DNA of 63,935 nucleotides, filler included, from Octopus bimaculoides (taxonomy: Eukaryota), in assembly GCF_001194135.2 (NCBI RefSeq). It is 6 parts of 6 records of this genome, joined end to end, with 100 filler letters (N's around TTAATTAATTAA, not from the genome) between each part and the next. Parts side by side here need not be neighbours in the genome. Positions count along the whole stretch, not along the records: positions 1 to 15,835 come from NC_068982.1; 5 more parts are not named here. The stretch is one strand, 5' to 3'. Positions 1 through 12,430 of this stretch are shown here, in pieces. Below the pieces are notes generated by a model, which was given only the letters and a program-made list of their open reading frames with translations, made no database searches and was not told the origin of the DNA. The translations under genes and the position numbers were made by a program. The first letter of the stretch is position 1, and every line of letters begins with the position of its first letter.

Positions 1-41
<41 letters not shown>

Positions 42-45
42 TTAT
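1..45. repeat. (AT)n microsatellite
   Basis: Direct dinucleotide run. Similar (AT)n, (CA)n and (ACAT)n runs occur throughout and flank most gaps. Confidence 0.98.
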
Positions 46-695
46 GAACACATACACACATTTATGAGGTAAATGGGGATTGGGCATTTCAATCGTGGTT
101 TAATTCTATCCGATCTTCTGTTGACTATACCTGTTATTAGATCGGGAAAGAAAGATAAAGAATTACAGTAAACTCTGTTGACCGTCGCTTACTTCCGTGT
201 AAGAGACTTGGAATGTATGAGGAAGCGGAAATTAGTTCAAATTCTTTTTAGGGTGGATGGCAAATGCTGCAAAGTTTCTGTGTAACACAGAAGATGTGGT
301 ACTTTTATATGTTCTGAAAATCCCTTATTTAACATAACCCTAGAGATGCTTCTGTTCGTTTCTTACTCTCTCAATATCAAAATGTTTGAGAAGTGTTGTG
401 GCGTTTGGAAGATGTCGACGAGGAGATGGGTTGTGGTTCCGATACAAATGCGGCTAAATAAAGCGCTCTTTAAGTTATATTTATTGTACTGATATGTTTG
501 CTGGTGGTGGCATCAACACAGTAAAACAATCCTTTTCTTTAGGAATTTATTGCTAAAGAAAAAAAAAAAAAGCTCTATATTTCGTTATTGCATGTCGACT
601 GCCTTCTCTCTACGTTTGTCTTTTCTCTTTTAGACACAACACTGGAAAATACCAAATACAATCATCTGTCTCACTCATCAATACAAACCAACTAC

Positions 696-991
696 GAGTG
701 GCGGACTGGCCAGGTTGCCAGCTTGCCTGATGGCAAGTGGGCCCCCTGTGCCATTAGAATCCATATATGGGGGCCCATCATGGGGCCCATCTCCTCATGT
801 TTGAGAATTTTTTTATTCACTCCTGGAAGAATGCATTAATTATTTCAGCCTGGCTGTGTTTGTAGACAGTTGAAAAGAATACTTTTAACAAAAAAAAAGA
901 AAAAAAAAAAAATTAAATGATAGCATTGTAGTTGCGGGTGGGCCCCCTTAGTCTCCTGGCAACCAATATTTTTAGACCCAGCTTGCCACTG
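696..991. mobile_element. hAT-type MITE
   Basis: Left end gagtggcggactgg vs reverse complement of right end cagtggcaagctgg (10/14). 8-bp TSD ccaactac (688-695) / cctactac (992-999). Confidence 0.8.
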
Positions 992-1093
992 CCTACTACA
1001 GAAAGCAAAACCAAAAGTATCAAGAGCTACAGCTCATCCGTAGCACTGAATGCGTCACAATAGAAGACAAGCTAAAGAAATCAAGATGACATA

Positions 1094-1355
1094 TTGTGTT
1101 GGTGCATAATTATTGCGGCTTTTTTGAACAAATTTTATTCAACAAAAAAACAAACAAACAATAACAACATGTAATAAAAACACCTTTAAATGATTATTCT
1201 GGAGTATATTCACCATCTACTTCAATAACTGCTTCCCATTTGCTTAGCAGATGGTCAGACCGTCATTTTAAGATATTTTTGTTAAATATTGTAATTATTT
1301 TTGTTGAATAAAATTTGTTGAAAAAAAAAGCCGCAATAATTATGCACCAATCAAA
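1094..1355 (-). mobile_element. Internally deleted mariner (Hsmar1-like TIRs)
   Basis: About 55-bp TIRs (ttggtgcataattattgcggc...aacaaattttattcaacaa) with TA on both sides. Minus strand encodes the mariner C-terminus DHLLSKWEAVIEVDGEYTPE*. Confidence 0.9.
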
Positions 1356-1479
1356 TAGAATTACGCCAAGAGCGACCAAAGTTACTGTATTTAGCTAACA
1401 GAGAAAAACATACAACAAAGAATACGCAAAAAAGTATTCTATGCATTATAACATCTTGCATACAATCTTCTGTACATAC

Positions 1480-1615
1480 CTCCTTCCTGATGAAACAAAA
1501 TTAATAAAAATAGAGCAGCAACTGTACATACGTGAAGTACCGTTTGTTGCCTAGCATGCTTTAATCGCAGAGTCCTTTCCTTAGCTGAAATCCAGCTCCA
1601 AAAGCCAAGTTCCAT
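1480..1615 (-). CDS. Candidate first coding exon of a secreted or membrane protein (signal-peptide-like)
   Basis: ATG after an in-frame stop, MELGFWSWISAKERTLRLKHARQQTVLHVCTVAALFLLILFHQEG+G. Ends in a GAG|GTATGT donor, phase 1. No homology recognised. Confidence 0.35.
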
Positions 1616-2753
1616 ATACCACAAGCCGGAGCATTATTGCAGCGATATCGTGAACTCACTTCTCATACACTCAGCTTATATAAGCATGAAAACATTCATA
1701 AGCCTAGAGAAAGCTATAATGTCTATGTGTAGGCTATCTCCTACATTCAAGCTAGGCTGCATCACGTCACCGATACGCACAGGGAAAAGGCATCTATCGC
1801 TGGAGCAGAATTTGCGTGTATAGAAAAATTTAGGAATAAACGGAACATTGCAACAAATGTATTATTTACTGACTGCTGCATTGTATACCTGTACAGGATG
1901 TCGGAGTGTTTGGTGTGATTCTTGGCATGATAGAAACATAACATAATTAGGAAACAGCTTTGCATCAGATCTCATCTTTCGGCTGGCAACAAATGTGCAT
2001 AGGCCAGCTCAACGTAAGCTGGCTTGGGGCAATAAAACTACAAAAAAGAAGAAAAAAAACAATTAGGAAAGGAAACACTATACAGTATAATCCACAGCCC
2101 AACGTTGGGGAAAAAACGAATGCTGTCAAACATTCCTTGCTATTAAAGAGAAAACACTCCCCAAACAGACATGACTCTCACTGGCGGTTTAACAAGAGAA
2201 AGAAAACTCTGTGTAATGTTATTACGCATGACAAACAAATATAAAGCGAAGGGAACCGACATGAAATTGCCGAAATATAGAGAAAAGAATTGCCAATGGG
2301 GTAATCGAGAGTTAACGGAGACACTATCCACATCTAAAGACAGGGTAAAACGGGAAGTAGTCCAGCTGCCTCCATCTTAGAAAGAAGCCGGCCATTATTC
2401 TCCACACGAACCGAAATTTGAACTAAAAAGAGCGACCTAATTTCGCTCTCTTTACTCTGTCCTTAAAATGTCTCTTGACTCATATTTTGTCTCTAAAATT
2501 TCAAAGGAAATATTATTGATGCATGACAGACGACATACGACGCTCTAAACAGACGTTCCTTTCCCAACTTGCTGACGATTGAGATCCTATGCGCTTCCAG
2601 AAATTGGGTACGTGGGATATTTTTACAATTTTGACTACAAAATAAGCAAAAGACTATATACACACATGCGCGCGTATGTGTATTCGTTTATTGGTTTCAG
2701 CCATTTGATTACGGTCAAATTGGAGCAACACCTTCAAAGATTTTAATCGATCA

Positions 2754-2800
<47 letters not shown>

Positions 2801-3476
2801 TTCGACCGGTGAGTTATGTTTTGATATAAAGGAACACAAGGCGACGCACCGTTCTACGTTCCTAAAAATGAACACGCGCGCACACTCAATTATGCACACG
2901 CATATACACACACACATACACATACACATAATGCGATTGCAGTTGAAAAAACTCAAGTGAGGTACTGCGCAGTGGGACCGAACCCATAGAACCATGTTTT
3001 GCGAAACGAACTTCTTCACTATAAAGCTATCTACGCTTGTCAATACAAATAATTGTGTAAATATTAAACTGTAAATATGTCTGTGTGTGTCTGCGTGACG
3101 ATAAATATATAGTTTCTCTGTATGTATGCGTCTTTCAAAATAGACATATAAGACACAGGAATTACTGCCGTTTCAAATATTTCGTGAGTGTTTCATGACT
3201 CAGATCTATCAAAGATATATCTTCTCCTCAATGTATATACACACAAAGATGTTTCTTTGAACTGGATTCTTTTGATCATCCCAGTAAAGCACACACATAT
3301 TCTATACTAATCGTTATCCGAAGCTGGTTTCGGGCGGTATGTGATATCAATTATTCTAAATTGGTGTTTTTCGATGGTCAGTTATCAAATATTATTTCTT
3401 TTGTTAATATTATTTGCAAATTGATAAATATTTTACGGTTAATCCATTCAATTCAATAACTATTTTGGTCGTCTGT

Positions 3477-3513
<37 letters not shown>

Positions 3514-4439
3514 NNNNNNNNNNNNNNNNNNNNNNNNNNNNNNNNNNNNNNNNNNNNNNNNNNNNNNNNNNNNNNNNNNNNNNNNNNNNNNNNNNNNNNN
3601 NNNNNNNNNNNNNNNNNNNNNNNNNNNNNNNNNNNNNNNNNNNNNNNNNNNNNNNNNNNNNNNNNNNNNNNNNNNNNNNNNNNNNNNNNNNNNNNNNNNN
3701 NNNNNNNNNNNNNNNNNNNNNNNNNNNNNNNNNNNNNNNNNNNNNNNNNNNNNNNNNNNNNNNNNNNNNNNNNNNNNNNNNNNNNNNNNNNNNNNNNNNN
3801 NNNNNNNNNNNNNNNNNNNNNNNNNNNNNNNNNNNNNNNNNNNNNNNNNNNNNNNNNNNNNNNNNNNNNNNNNNNNNNNNNNNNNNNNNNNNNNNNNNNN
3901 NNNNNNNNNNNNNNNNNNNNNNNNNNNNNNNNNNNNNNNNNNNNNNNNNNNNNNNNNNNNNNNNNNNNNNNNNNNNNNNNNNNNNNNNNNNNNNNNNNNN
4001 NNNNNNNNNNNNNNNNNNNNNNNNNNNNNNNNNNNNNNNNNNNNNNNNNNNNNNNNNNNNNNNNNNNNNNNNNNNNNNNNNNNNNNNNNNNNNNNNNNNN
4101 NNNNNNNNNNNNNNNNNNNNNNNNNNNNNNNNNNNNNNNNNNNNNNNNNNNNNNNNNNNNNNNNNNNNNNNNNNNNNNNNNNNNNNNNNNNNNNNNNNNN
4201 NNNNNNNNNNNNNNNNNNNNNNNNNNNNNNNNNNNNNNNNNNNNNNNNNNNNNNNNNNNNNNNNNNNNNNNNNNNNNNNNNNNNNNNNNNNNNNNNNNNN
4301 NNGCTCTACATTGTATTTGTCCCATCTTCGTTGAGCCCTGTGTGGCTAATAAAAGAAATCTATCTATCTATCTATCTATCTATCAGTCGCTCTCTTTCCC
4401 TGCTCTCCCCACCCCCACATGTATATACATGTATATGAA

Positions 4440-5060
4440 ACGAAAATGAGCCAAGAGAACTATCCGAGAACGGTCACTCGCATATATGCAAATAAGAAAC
4501 AAATAAATGTGTGTGAAATGACCTGCAAGACAAATTATTGATTTATTGCAATTAGCTCCGCTTATAGAACAGGTAGACAAATTATTAGGAAGCAATTGGT
4601 ACCAACTCCATATGAAAGAAAGGAAAGATAATCTCCAGAATCATGAATCCTCCCAAATCGACATACCATTACTGAAAAGATTCACAGATTGCCTGAAGAG
4701 AAGCAGAATAAATATGTGCTTCATGTCATCCGTTGAACTACATCTCGGAGTTAATAAAATATAGGCATCTACCAAATAGTACCACCTCGGCAGAAGCATT
4801 TTCAACTAAACCCTAATACACATCTGTCAAGAACAATTAAACTAAACAAGAAATTGAGACTATAGTAGAAAAGCAAACCAAATAAGATAGAATAACGAAA
4901 ATGAGCGGAGATTCTAACGAGAGGGCAAAGCATATTTAACATAACTGGGAAACTATCCCGTCAGCTGCTGATCATGTGTAGACGTGATCTCGACACTTAA
5001 AGACAGTATAAGTCCCTCCGATGGAATCAAACGGCATCAGAAATAATTTTCTTTGGGAAT
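4440..5060. mobile_element. Possible old Penelope-like terminal fragment
   Basis: Degenerate ctgaaga-gaagca...tgcttc hairpin near 4693-4730 resembles PLE tails. No protein motif recognised. Confidence 0.25.
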
Positions 5061-5115
5061 ATACAAATTTTTATACTCAGTATACTAGATACTAGTCACT
5101 CGTGAGTTTGTACGC

Positions 5116-5159
<44 letters not shown>

Positions 5160-6566
5160 AAATGTATGTATGCATTTATATATATATGCATATATATATA
5201 TACATACATGCACACACACACGCACACACACACACACACACACACGCACATCACTGACAGGATGAGTTTTAATACTGAAGGGCAATAATATTTATGTCAT
5301 ACTCAATATGAATGTTCTTTTAGAACGTCGAATACTGCGGTATTTGTTCTGAGAGCAAACATATATCGCTTGTAAACCGTCTAATATAAACTCCGGAAGA
5401 AGTGCAGTACGTTGAAATCACAGGATCTGAGAGTTCCAGAAGCCATGCCACATTATTCTCGTCTGCTAAGACTATAAGTGTGCTCTTTGCACTATGCGTC
5501 TTTATGACAAATTCTTTTGTGATACATACCCAAACATTCGGCGTTCTAACAAGGCAGCTGCATTGAGTAGGGTATGAAAATAGAAAATAACATGAATAAT
5601 AAAATACACATGTTTAATCATGACAACAAAAGCAAAACAAACAAAAACTATTCGATCATGAAGACACCAAGCATTAAAAACATGTATCCTCAATGGATAT
5701 GTTCTTAATATTAAGTTTACAGCCAACATTAATAAAGAAAATCTCACCCACACACTTTTGATTCAAAAATGTATTCTATGACCACTAGCAAAATAACACC
5801 AAGCGTAGATATACACAAAAGCTTACAAAATCCACAAGATCATACACTTCTGCGTGTACACAACACACACTATTACTCTAAATATATGTTAGAATACAAG
5901 GAAACAAAATTCTAAAGAAATACAAACGACCATGTGCGCACGCACACATACACACATACACGTACGTATAGGCATGCACACACACGAACAGACACGCAAA
6001 CACACACACACACACATACCTTTTCGAAGGAAGAGAAACAAAATTTCATAAAAAAAAAGAAAACGTTTTTTACAAACAAAACAAGACTTCAAGGCCGCTC
6101 AACAGTAGAAAATATCACCAATTAAGGATACAGCAATTCACAATAGATATACCTCTAATTAGTTTTAAAACTAACTTCGTTCATAAGCAATGATTCTCAA
6201 AACATTTACAATCATTCATATGCGCACACATTCACACGCCGAAACAAACATGTTTTCGTGACACACACTCTCCCACTTACAATTGCGAAAAAATGCAAAG
6301 ACCACATTTCACACAAAAATAACTTAGAAATTCAACGAAGAGGTTAAGAAAAGAACAGCTAATTGATAAACGCGAAACACATATTAATGAATAAAACAAA
6401 AGCACTGGAACACAAACACATACACATAAGCACCAAAGGATATAAATAAGTCGTGAATACCGACTGTAATAGTTCTCACCTGAGGATCGCAGTTACGCGA
6501 GGTTCAAATCGCAAGACAGTTTAATTTTCAATAATAAATCAATACCTTTTGACAAGAGGTGGGGAG

Positions 6567-6629
<63 letters not shown>

Positions 6630-6644
6630 TACACATAAATGTGA

Positions 6645-6803
6645 CTGACTTCCACACATTTTCCGTTTACCAAATTAACTCACAAGACATCAGTCTGCCC
6701 AGGGCTAGAATAGTAGACACTTGACCAAGGTGCTGTGAAGTGCAACTGAACTCAAAACCACGTGCTTGTAAACTGAGTTTTATAGCCGCACAGTCATTGC
6801 ATA

Positions 6804-6805
<2 letters not shown>
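6645..6805 (-). mobile_element. tRNA-derived CORE-SINE (octopus OR-like, family A), head and core
   Basis: Reverse complement of the tRNA head and CCTTGGGCAAGT-like core seen in the 23120 copy. Confidence 0.8.
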
Positions 6806-6851
<46 letters not shown>

Positions 6852-7635
6852 CGTGTGGTTTCAACCTATAAATTCGACATAGTTTCTGCTCAAACGAAAT
6901 ATAGAGTCGAAGTCACTTAATTAAAATGCAAAGTTGTACAATCGGCCCCGCCCCCACGTGGTCTATTTAACTAATTTCTATACGAACTACTTTCAGATAC
7001 AAAATCTCTAAAATCTTTTAGAAATGTTTTCGTATTTGCAGAGAAGATACTCACAGAAGATATGTAAACACGCTTACATCTTGAATGATATTATTCCAAA
7101 ATCATACACAGATATCTAACAGACACATTTTGATAGAAGAGTAAAATATAGCCGTACAATATTACGTCCAAGACAAATAGAAATTTCATGTTGAAAAATC
7201 GTTTTCTTTCATTACTCTAAATAATCAAAAACTATTTCCAATAACTCACACAAAAGCGAACTACTTCATCTGACAAAAAGTGATTTCGCTAATAAATTAG
7301 TCTTAGGTATGGGAATCAGAAAATACGTTTGACATATTTCAGCCACTATGCTGCAAGAGAATGAGATTTGTTCAATACACAGAAAAACAAAAAGAAATGC
7401 AAATTTTTTTGACATCATTGATTATACCACTCAATAATCCGGCACCTGATACTGAAAGTTATCCGATAATACTCAGAATTTCAGGTCAACAAATCTCCTA
7501 TTTTGAATGAGATCATCCCGGCTTAAAAAGGAGAGGACAATTAATTTTGATGTAATTAAGGATAGCTACAAAGTCATCGATAAGGAGAGTCAATGACGTA
7601 TTTCTCCATAGCATTTTAGAAAGTAACAAATTAGG

Positions 7636-9536
7636 TGTATTTTATATCCTAATATTTGATATAGAATCTAAAGAAGCAGCGGGAGGGGAAGAAAGTATAT
7701 ACACGTCGCACTACTATTGTACGGGACTCAATGCTCTATATCAAAAGCACACAGCGAACTCCTTACCAACCCGAACTACCAATCGTTCACAGTTCTTTAT
7801 ATAATAATGATTCAGTCCAACGTTTTGTCACTTGCGGAGCGGTCGGAATCCTTTCACATCTCTCCATTTTAGAATCAGTCTCACCTATCTTCCCTCCTTT
7901 AAAGAATTGAATTCCGCTCCGAGTTTTAATATTTCTTACATTTAGGGTTCAATTCCAGCGGGAAGACCAGCACTCTCTGATTTTATTATTCTTTTTCTTA
8001 ACGAACTCAGTTGGTTCTGCTTATTTAGAGTAGTCCACTTTTTGGATAACTCCAAGTTTTTCTAGTCTCTCCAATTCTAGGTTTACCTGTTCTAACACTG
8101 TGAAAGGTACAGTTCGCTTTTGTTTCAATGTCGGTTGGTGTTTTCTTGTATTTAAAACTGCGCCTTCTATTTGGTACATAGACATAATTTATCGGATAGA
8201 ATTTCCGGAAAAATATTAAAATATTTTTTTAATTTGTCTGCGAATTATCTGTACTGACGGAAAAAAAAACATATTTTTACAGAAAAGATTTATGGAGAGG
8301 CCCTATAAATTAAACAATTCCATCCAGTCTGTACCGATCAAGTTTATTGTATTTTTTAACACAAAACTTTAGCCTTTAAGGTTTTTCCCGAAATGTAATG
8401 TTACTTATCAATTTGTCCTTAACATATATTTTTTTCCTGAAACAGCACGGGCAATTTTTGAAATTTCATTTAATCTAGGCTCCCCGATCTTTTTCCATGT
8501 ATCTGTGTTAATTATTGAGATGTTGCTGCCTGTATCCAATTGTAACTTTACGTTTGTGTTGTTAAGTTTTACATCTACACATTTTCTTTGAGGCTCGTTC
8601 GTATTTTTTGTCACCGATAATCCGTTTACGTGATTTTTTTTCTGTTGAACCGTTCTTTAGGCTCTATTCTACAATGTGACTTTTCATGACCTATTTTACC
8701 AACTTTGAAGCGCTTTATATTTTTAAACGGACAGTTATTTTGAAAATGTAGGCCACCGTACCCATAACATGGATTCAGTATTGATATTTTTTGTCTGTAT
8801 TCTTACTCGTTACCAGTCGACACGTTTGAATCTGAGAACAATCTTTCTCTTCAGTTTTATTTGCGTCATGTCGTAAATTAATAATCCTCTGGCATTCTTC
8901 TACTACTGCCTGTAGAGTTAAATTTTCCTCTTGTTCTAATTTGTTAATACTCAGTAACGTATATCGGCATCTTTGTTTGCAGTAAGCCCTGGGATAAAAA
9001 TTAACGACTTGAACACATCCGGGGTCAATTCATTTAATTTCAATTTCTCACGCTCACTGTTAACCGCTGAGGCATAGGTGACGAACTCTTCATAATTTGT
9101 TTGACCAAATTTAATCATTGCCAGCGAGTATTGAACAGGGAACTTTTTTCCCTGAAAATTTTCGATAAAATATTAATTGTTTCCTTGAAACAAATCTCAC
9201 CTGACTTCTTCAGCAGAATATAATTATTATATTTTTCGTGTTCAGGAGTGGGTAACTTTCTTAAGAGTAATCGTACTTTTTCCTCGTCTGACCAACTTTT
9301 ACACTATTTGAAGATTTCTTCATATCTACGAAAGTATGCAGAGAAGGTAATCCCTTCTGGATTCTAGCTGAATTCTTCAATTGAGTTTGCTACACTGTTT
9401 GGCGAGTTTGAACCTGAAGTATTTTCAGACTCCTTCAACATTAATTCCAGCAACTATTGGTTTTGTTGTTGTAGTTGCTGCTGCTGTAGTTGTTGCTGTA
9501 ACTGCTGTAGTTGATTTTTTTCTTTGCTTTCGTACC

Positions 9537-9568
<32 letters not shown>

Positions 9569-9828
9569 AAATGTCCAACGCAAGCTTCGAACAACTCATT
9601 GTCACTTTTATATCCTTTATTGGAAATATAATATAAAGAAGCTGAGGAGAAGAAAGAATATACACGACGCACTACTTTTACTATTACACGAGACTCAACG
9701 CTCTATATCAGAGGCTTACAACGAACTGTTTACCAACCGGAACTGCCAATCGCTCACAGTTAGAGACCTTATAATAATGATTCAGTCCACCTTTTAGTCA
9801 CTTGAGGGCTGGTCGGAATCCTTCCACA
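7636..9828 (-). mobile_element. Internally deleted Ty3/Gypsy LTR retrotransposon (LTR-gag-PR-RT start-LTR)
   Basis: LTRs at 7636-7858 and 9600-9828 (TG...CA, visibly diverged). PPT aaaatggagaga abuts the 3' LTR. Gag IEEFS*NPEGITFSAYFRRYEEIF, decayed CCHC knuckles, protease VKLQLDTGSNISII, RT start VNLELERLENLGVIQKVDYSK*AEP...KKKNNKIREC. Confidence 0.93.
8408..8614 (-). pseudogene. Gypsy aspartic protease remnant
   Basis: LDTG active-site motif in retropepsin context. Flanking gag and pol carry stops and frameshifts. Confidence 0.9.
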
Positions 9829-10110
9829 ACAGTATACAAAACTGATGACTTCGTTTTAAAACTGCAAGAGTTCATCTGGACGAATTCGCTCAAAATAATC
9901 ATCGCAGCGTTAAAAAATTTTCCTCTAAATGACAGTTAAAACTTAACCTGTCAACAGTGGGCTTTCCCAATCTAATTTTCAACTTAATTTTCATTTCCTC
10001 GATATTTTGGGGAAGCTACATCACAATCAGTTCTACATAGATGAAAACGTTACTCACCCACTGGCATAAGGAAATATGTATAAACAACAATATGAGAATA
10101 AGTACATAAT

Positions 10111-10625
10111 TGTAGTGGTTATATATAGTCAGTACAAAGTGTTGATATGGCGGCGTATGTTATTACAATAGTTCATAAAGCGATGAAGAATAAATTCAAC
10201 ACCTATATATTTACTACATAAAAATATACTTTATTTACTGGTCGATGATGATACATAGAATCAAAATATAGAATCTAGTTGAATGAAGTAATCTATGCAA
10301 GAAGGTTCAGAGATAGAAAATGTAGAAATAACAGCTAAGTGGTTGTTTTCAGTTATATGGTGTAGAGAAATAGACGGACATAGCAATGACGCGAATGGCT
10401 CTAGGTCTAATCGACTAAGAAGCGAAGAGCAGGGTTAGCAAGATGTTTTTATTAATGGGACGCTATACATTCTAGAAACTTCCAAGAGAAACGCTAAGTT
10501 TCTTGAATAATTGAGAATCACGTCTCATGACACAGATGCTTCGAGAAACTTAGAAAAGGGAGGTTACTCTATAAACTTTCTTGCAAGGGAGTCCATTCAA
10601 CTATTTAGCTACGTAAACCACTACA
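10111..10625. mobile_element. Solo LTR (515 bp)
   Basis: Begins tgtagtggtt and ends aaccactaca (10-bp perfect terminal inverted repeat, TG...CA). Flanks ataat/atatc match only partly. Confidence 0.65.
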
Positions 10626-11432
10626 ATATCTTTACATCAAGTCACGTCCACCATAGAACTCAGTTATTGTAAAGAAAAAACATAATGTGGTTGTTCCCTA
10701 AATACTTGGAAAAGAATACAACTTAGCATACAAGTAGTATTTCTTAAATGATCACAAAGTCTACTTGCTTTCGTTGTATTCCTGATATTATCCCCAACTA
10801 AAATATCTTGAACACTTATGCAGTCCTTGTAGGGCAAATCCCCTATAATAAGATACAAGGAAATCTACTGGGAGTCCATTCGGCCTCTGCTTCATGGAGA
10901 ACAGTTTGATACTCATGACATTCATTTGAAAATCGTGAAATAAAGAATACTACTTATACAAATAGTCATTAAATTTAATCAGAAATATTTCCCTATCTAG
11001 GGAATAATTTCAAACAAACTTACAGCAATATATGTGAATTTGTCCAGCTGTGACACGTGTGTAATGAGTCTCAGAAAATATGATTTTGCCGTAAAAATTG
11101 ATTGGTTTCAAAAATTATTAGTTGTACTAATTACCTGCACGATATGAGTCTCGTTTATGCATTTTAAGCTTAAATTCATTTATTAGTTTCAACAATTAGA
11201 TATGCAAGGAATGCAATTTTCATCTATCATTTTCGGCATAAATTAAAAAAAAAAACCCAAAAATTTAGGAGTTTTATAAAAAAATGTTCGAATGTTTTCC
11301 AACAGAACCATTACGCTTCTGGATTCATTACAAGAAAGTAAAAAAATACAAAATAAAACTGAGAAACTATTTTCTTTTGCGAGAAATATTTCAAGCAATG
11401 AATTTCTTTTCGATGAATCTTCTCACCAATTT

Positions 11433-11434
<2 letters not shown>

Positions 11435-11467
<33 letters not shown>

Positions 11468-11505
11468 TATTATTACTATTATTATTATTATTATTATTAT
11501 TATTG
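11435..11505. repeat. (ATC)n(ATT)n compound microsatellite
   Basis: Direct observation. Confidence 0.97.
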
Positions 11506-12028
11506 GTTACTGCTTTCATGACTCTTTTAAACTTTATTATTCCAGAACATAAAGATCTCTGCAGTACGACAGAATGATAAATATTAAATTTCTAGAAATG
11601 TGGGATAACTCTTACATCACGCAGTAAATCTTTTCTAAGTATATGAACTAATTGTAGNNNNNNNNNNNNNNNNNNNNNNNNNNNNNNNNNNNNNNNNNNN
11701 NNNNNNNNNNNNNNNNNNNNNNNNNNNNNNNNNNNNNNNNNNNNNNNNNNNNNNNNNNNNNNNNNNNNNNNNNNNNNNNNNNNNNNNNNNNNNNNNNNNN
11801 NNNNNNNNNNNNNNNNNNNNNNNNNNNNNNNNNNNNNNNNNNNNNNNNNNNNNNNNNNNNNNNNNNNNNNNNNNNNNNNNNNNNNNNNNNNNNNNNNNNN
11901 NNNNNNNNNNNNNNNNNNNNNNNNNNNNNNNNNNNNNNNNNNNNNNNNNNNNNNNNNNNNNNNNNNNNNNNNNNNNNNNNNNNNNNNNNNNNNNNNNNNN
12001 NNNNNNNNNNNNNNNNCCAAATACCCAC

Positions 12029-12183
12029 GCGCATACGGCGTAGTGGTTAAGAGCGCGGGCTACTAACCCCAAGATTCCGAGTTCGATTCCAGGCAGTGAC
12101 CTAAATAATAATAATGATAATAATGATAATAATAACATCGAAAAATACCTTAGGAATGAGAACCCAGGTTCGAAATTTCTCCA
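12029..12183 (+). mobile_element. tRNA-derived SINE with internal (TAA)n, 3'-truncated
   Basis: Box A ggcgtagtgg, ctACTaa loop and box B gagttcgattcc, then (TAA)n and body sequence. Confidence 0.8.
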
Positions 12184-12295
12184 GTTAATTTTGTTTCTAA
12201 CGTAAGCGTGCCCAAACAAGTCGAATGCTTACACAGAGCAGGCTTTACTGCCATATTATCGAAACCGACCGGGTGAAACCGGGCTTAGCTGCTAG
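12184..12295 (+). mobile_element. Helitron-like 3' terminus
   Basis: GC-rich hairpin-like accgggtgaaaccggg (12268-12283) about 8 nt upstream of CTAG|T. Confidence 0.5.
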
Positions 12296-12344
12296 TATAT
12301 ATATATAAACGACATGGTAGCCTCACAATGATTTGGTTAGCCCG

Positions 12345-12430
12345 GTGTTATTGCCAAAGGTACTATGCAGTGGAACTGAACCTAAAACCACGTAATTGAG
12401 AAACAAACTTCCTACCACGCAGCCACACTC
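12345..12430 (-). mobile_element. Family A SINE head fragment
   Basis: Matches the reverse complement of the family A tRNA head. Confidence 0.7.
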
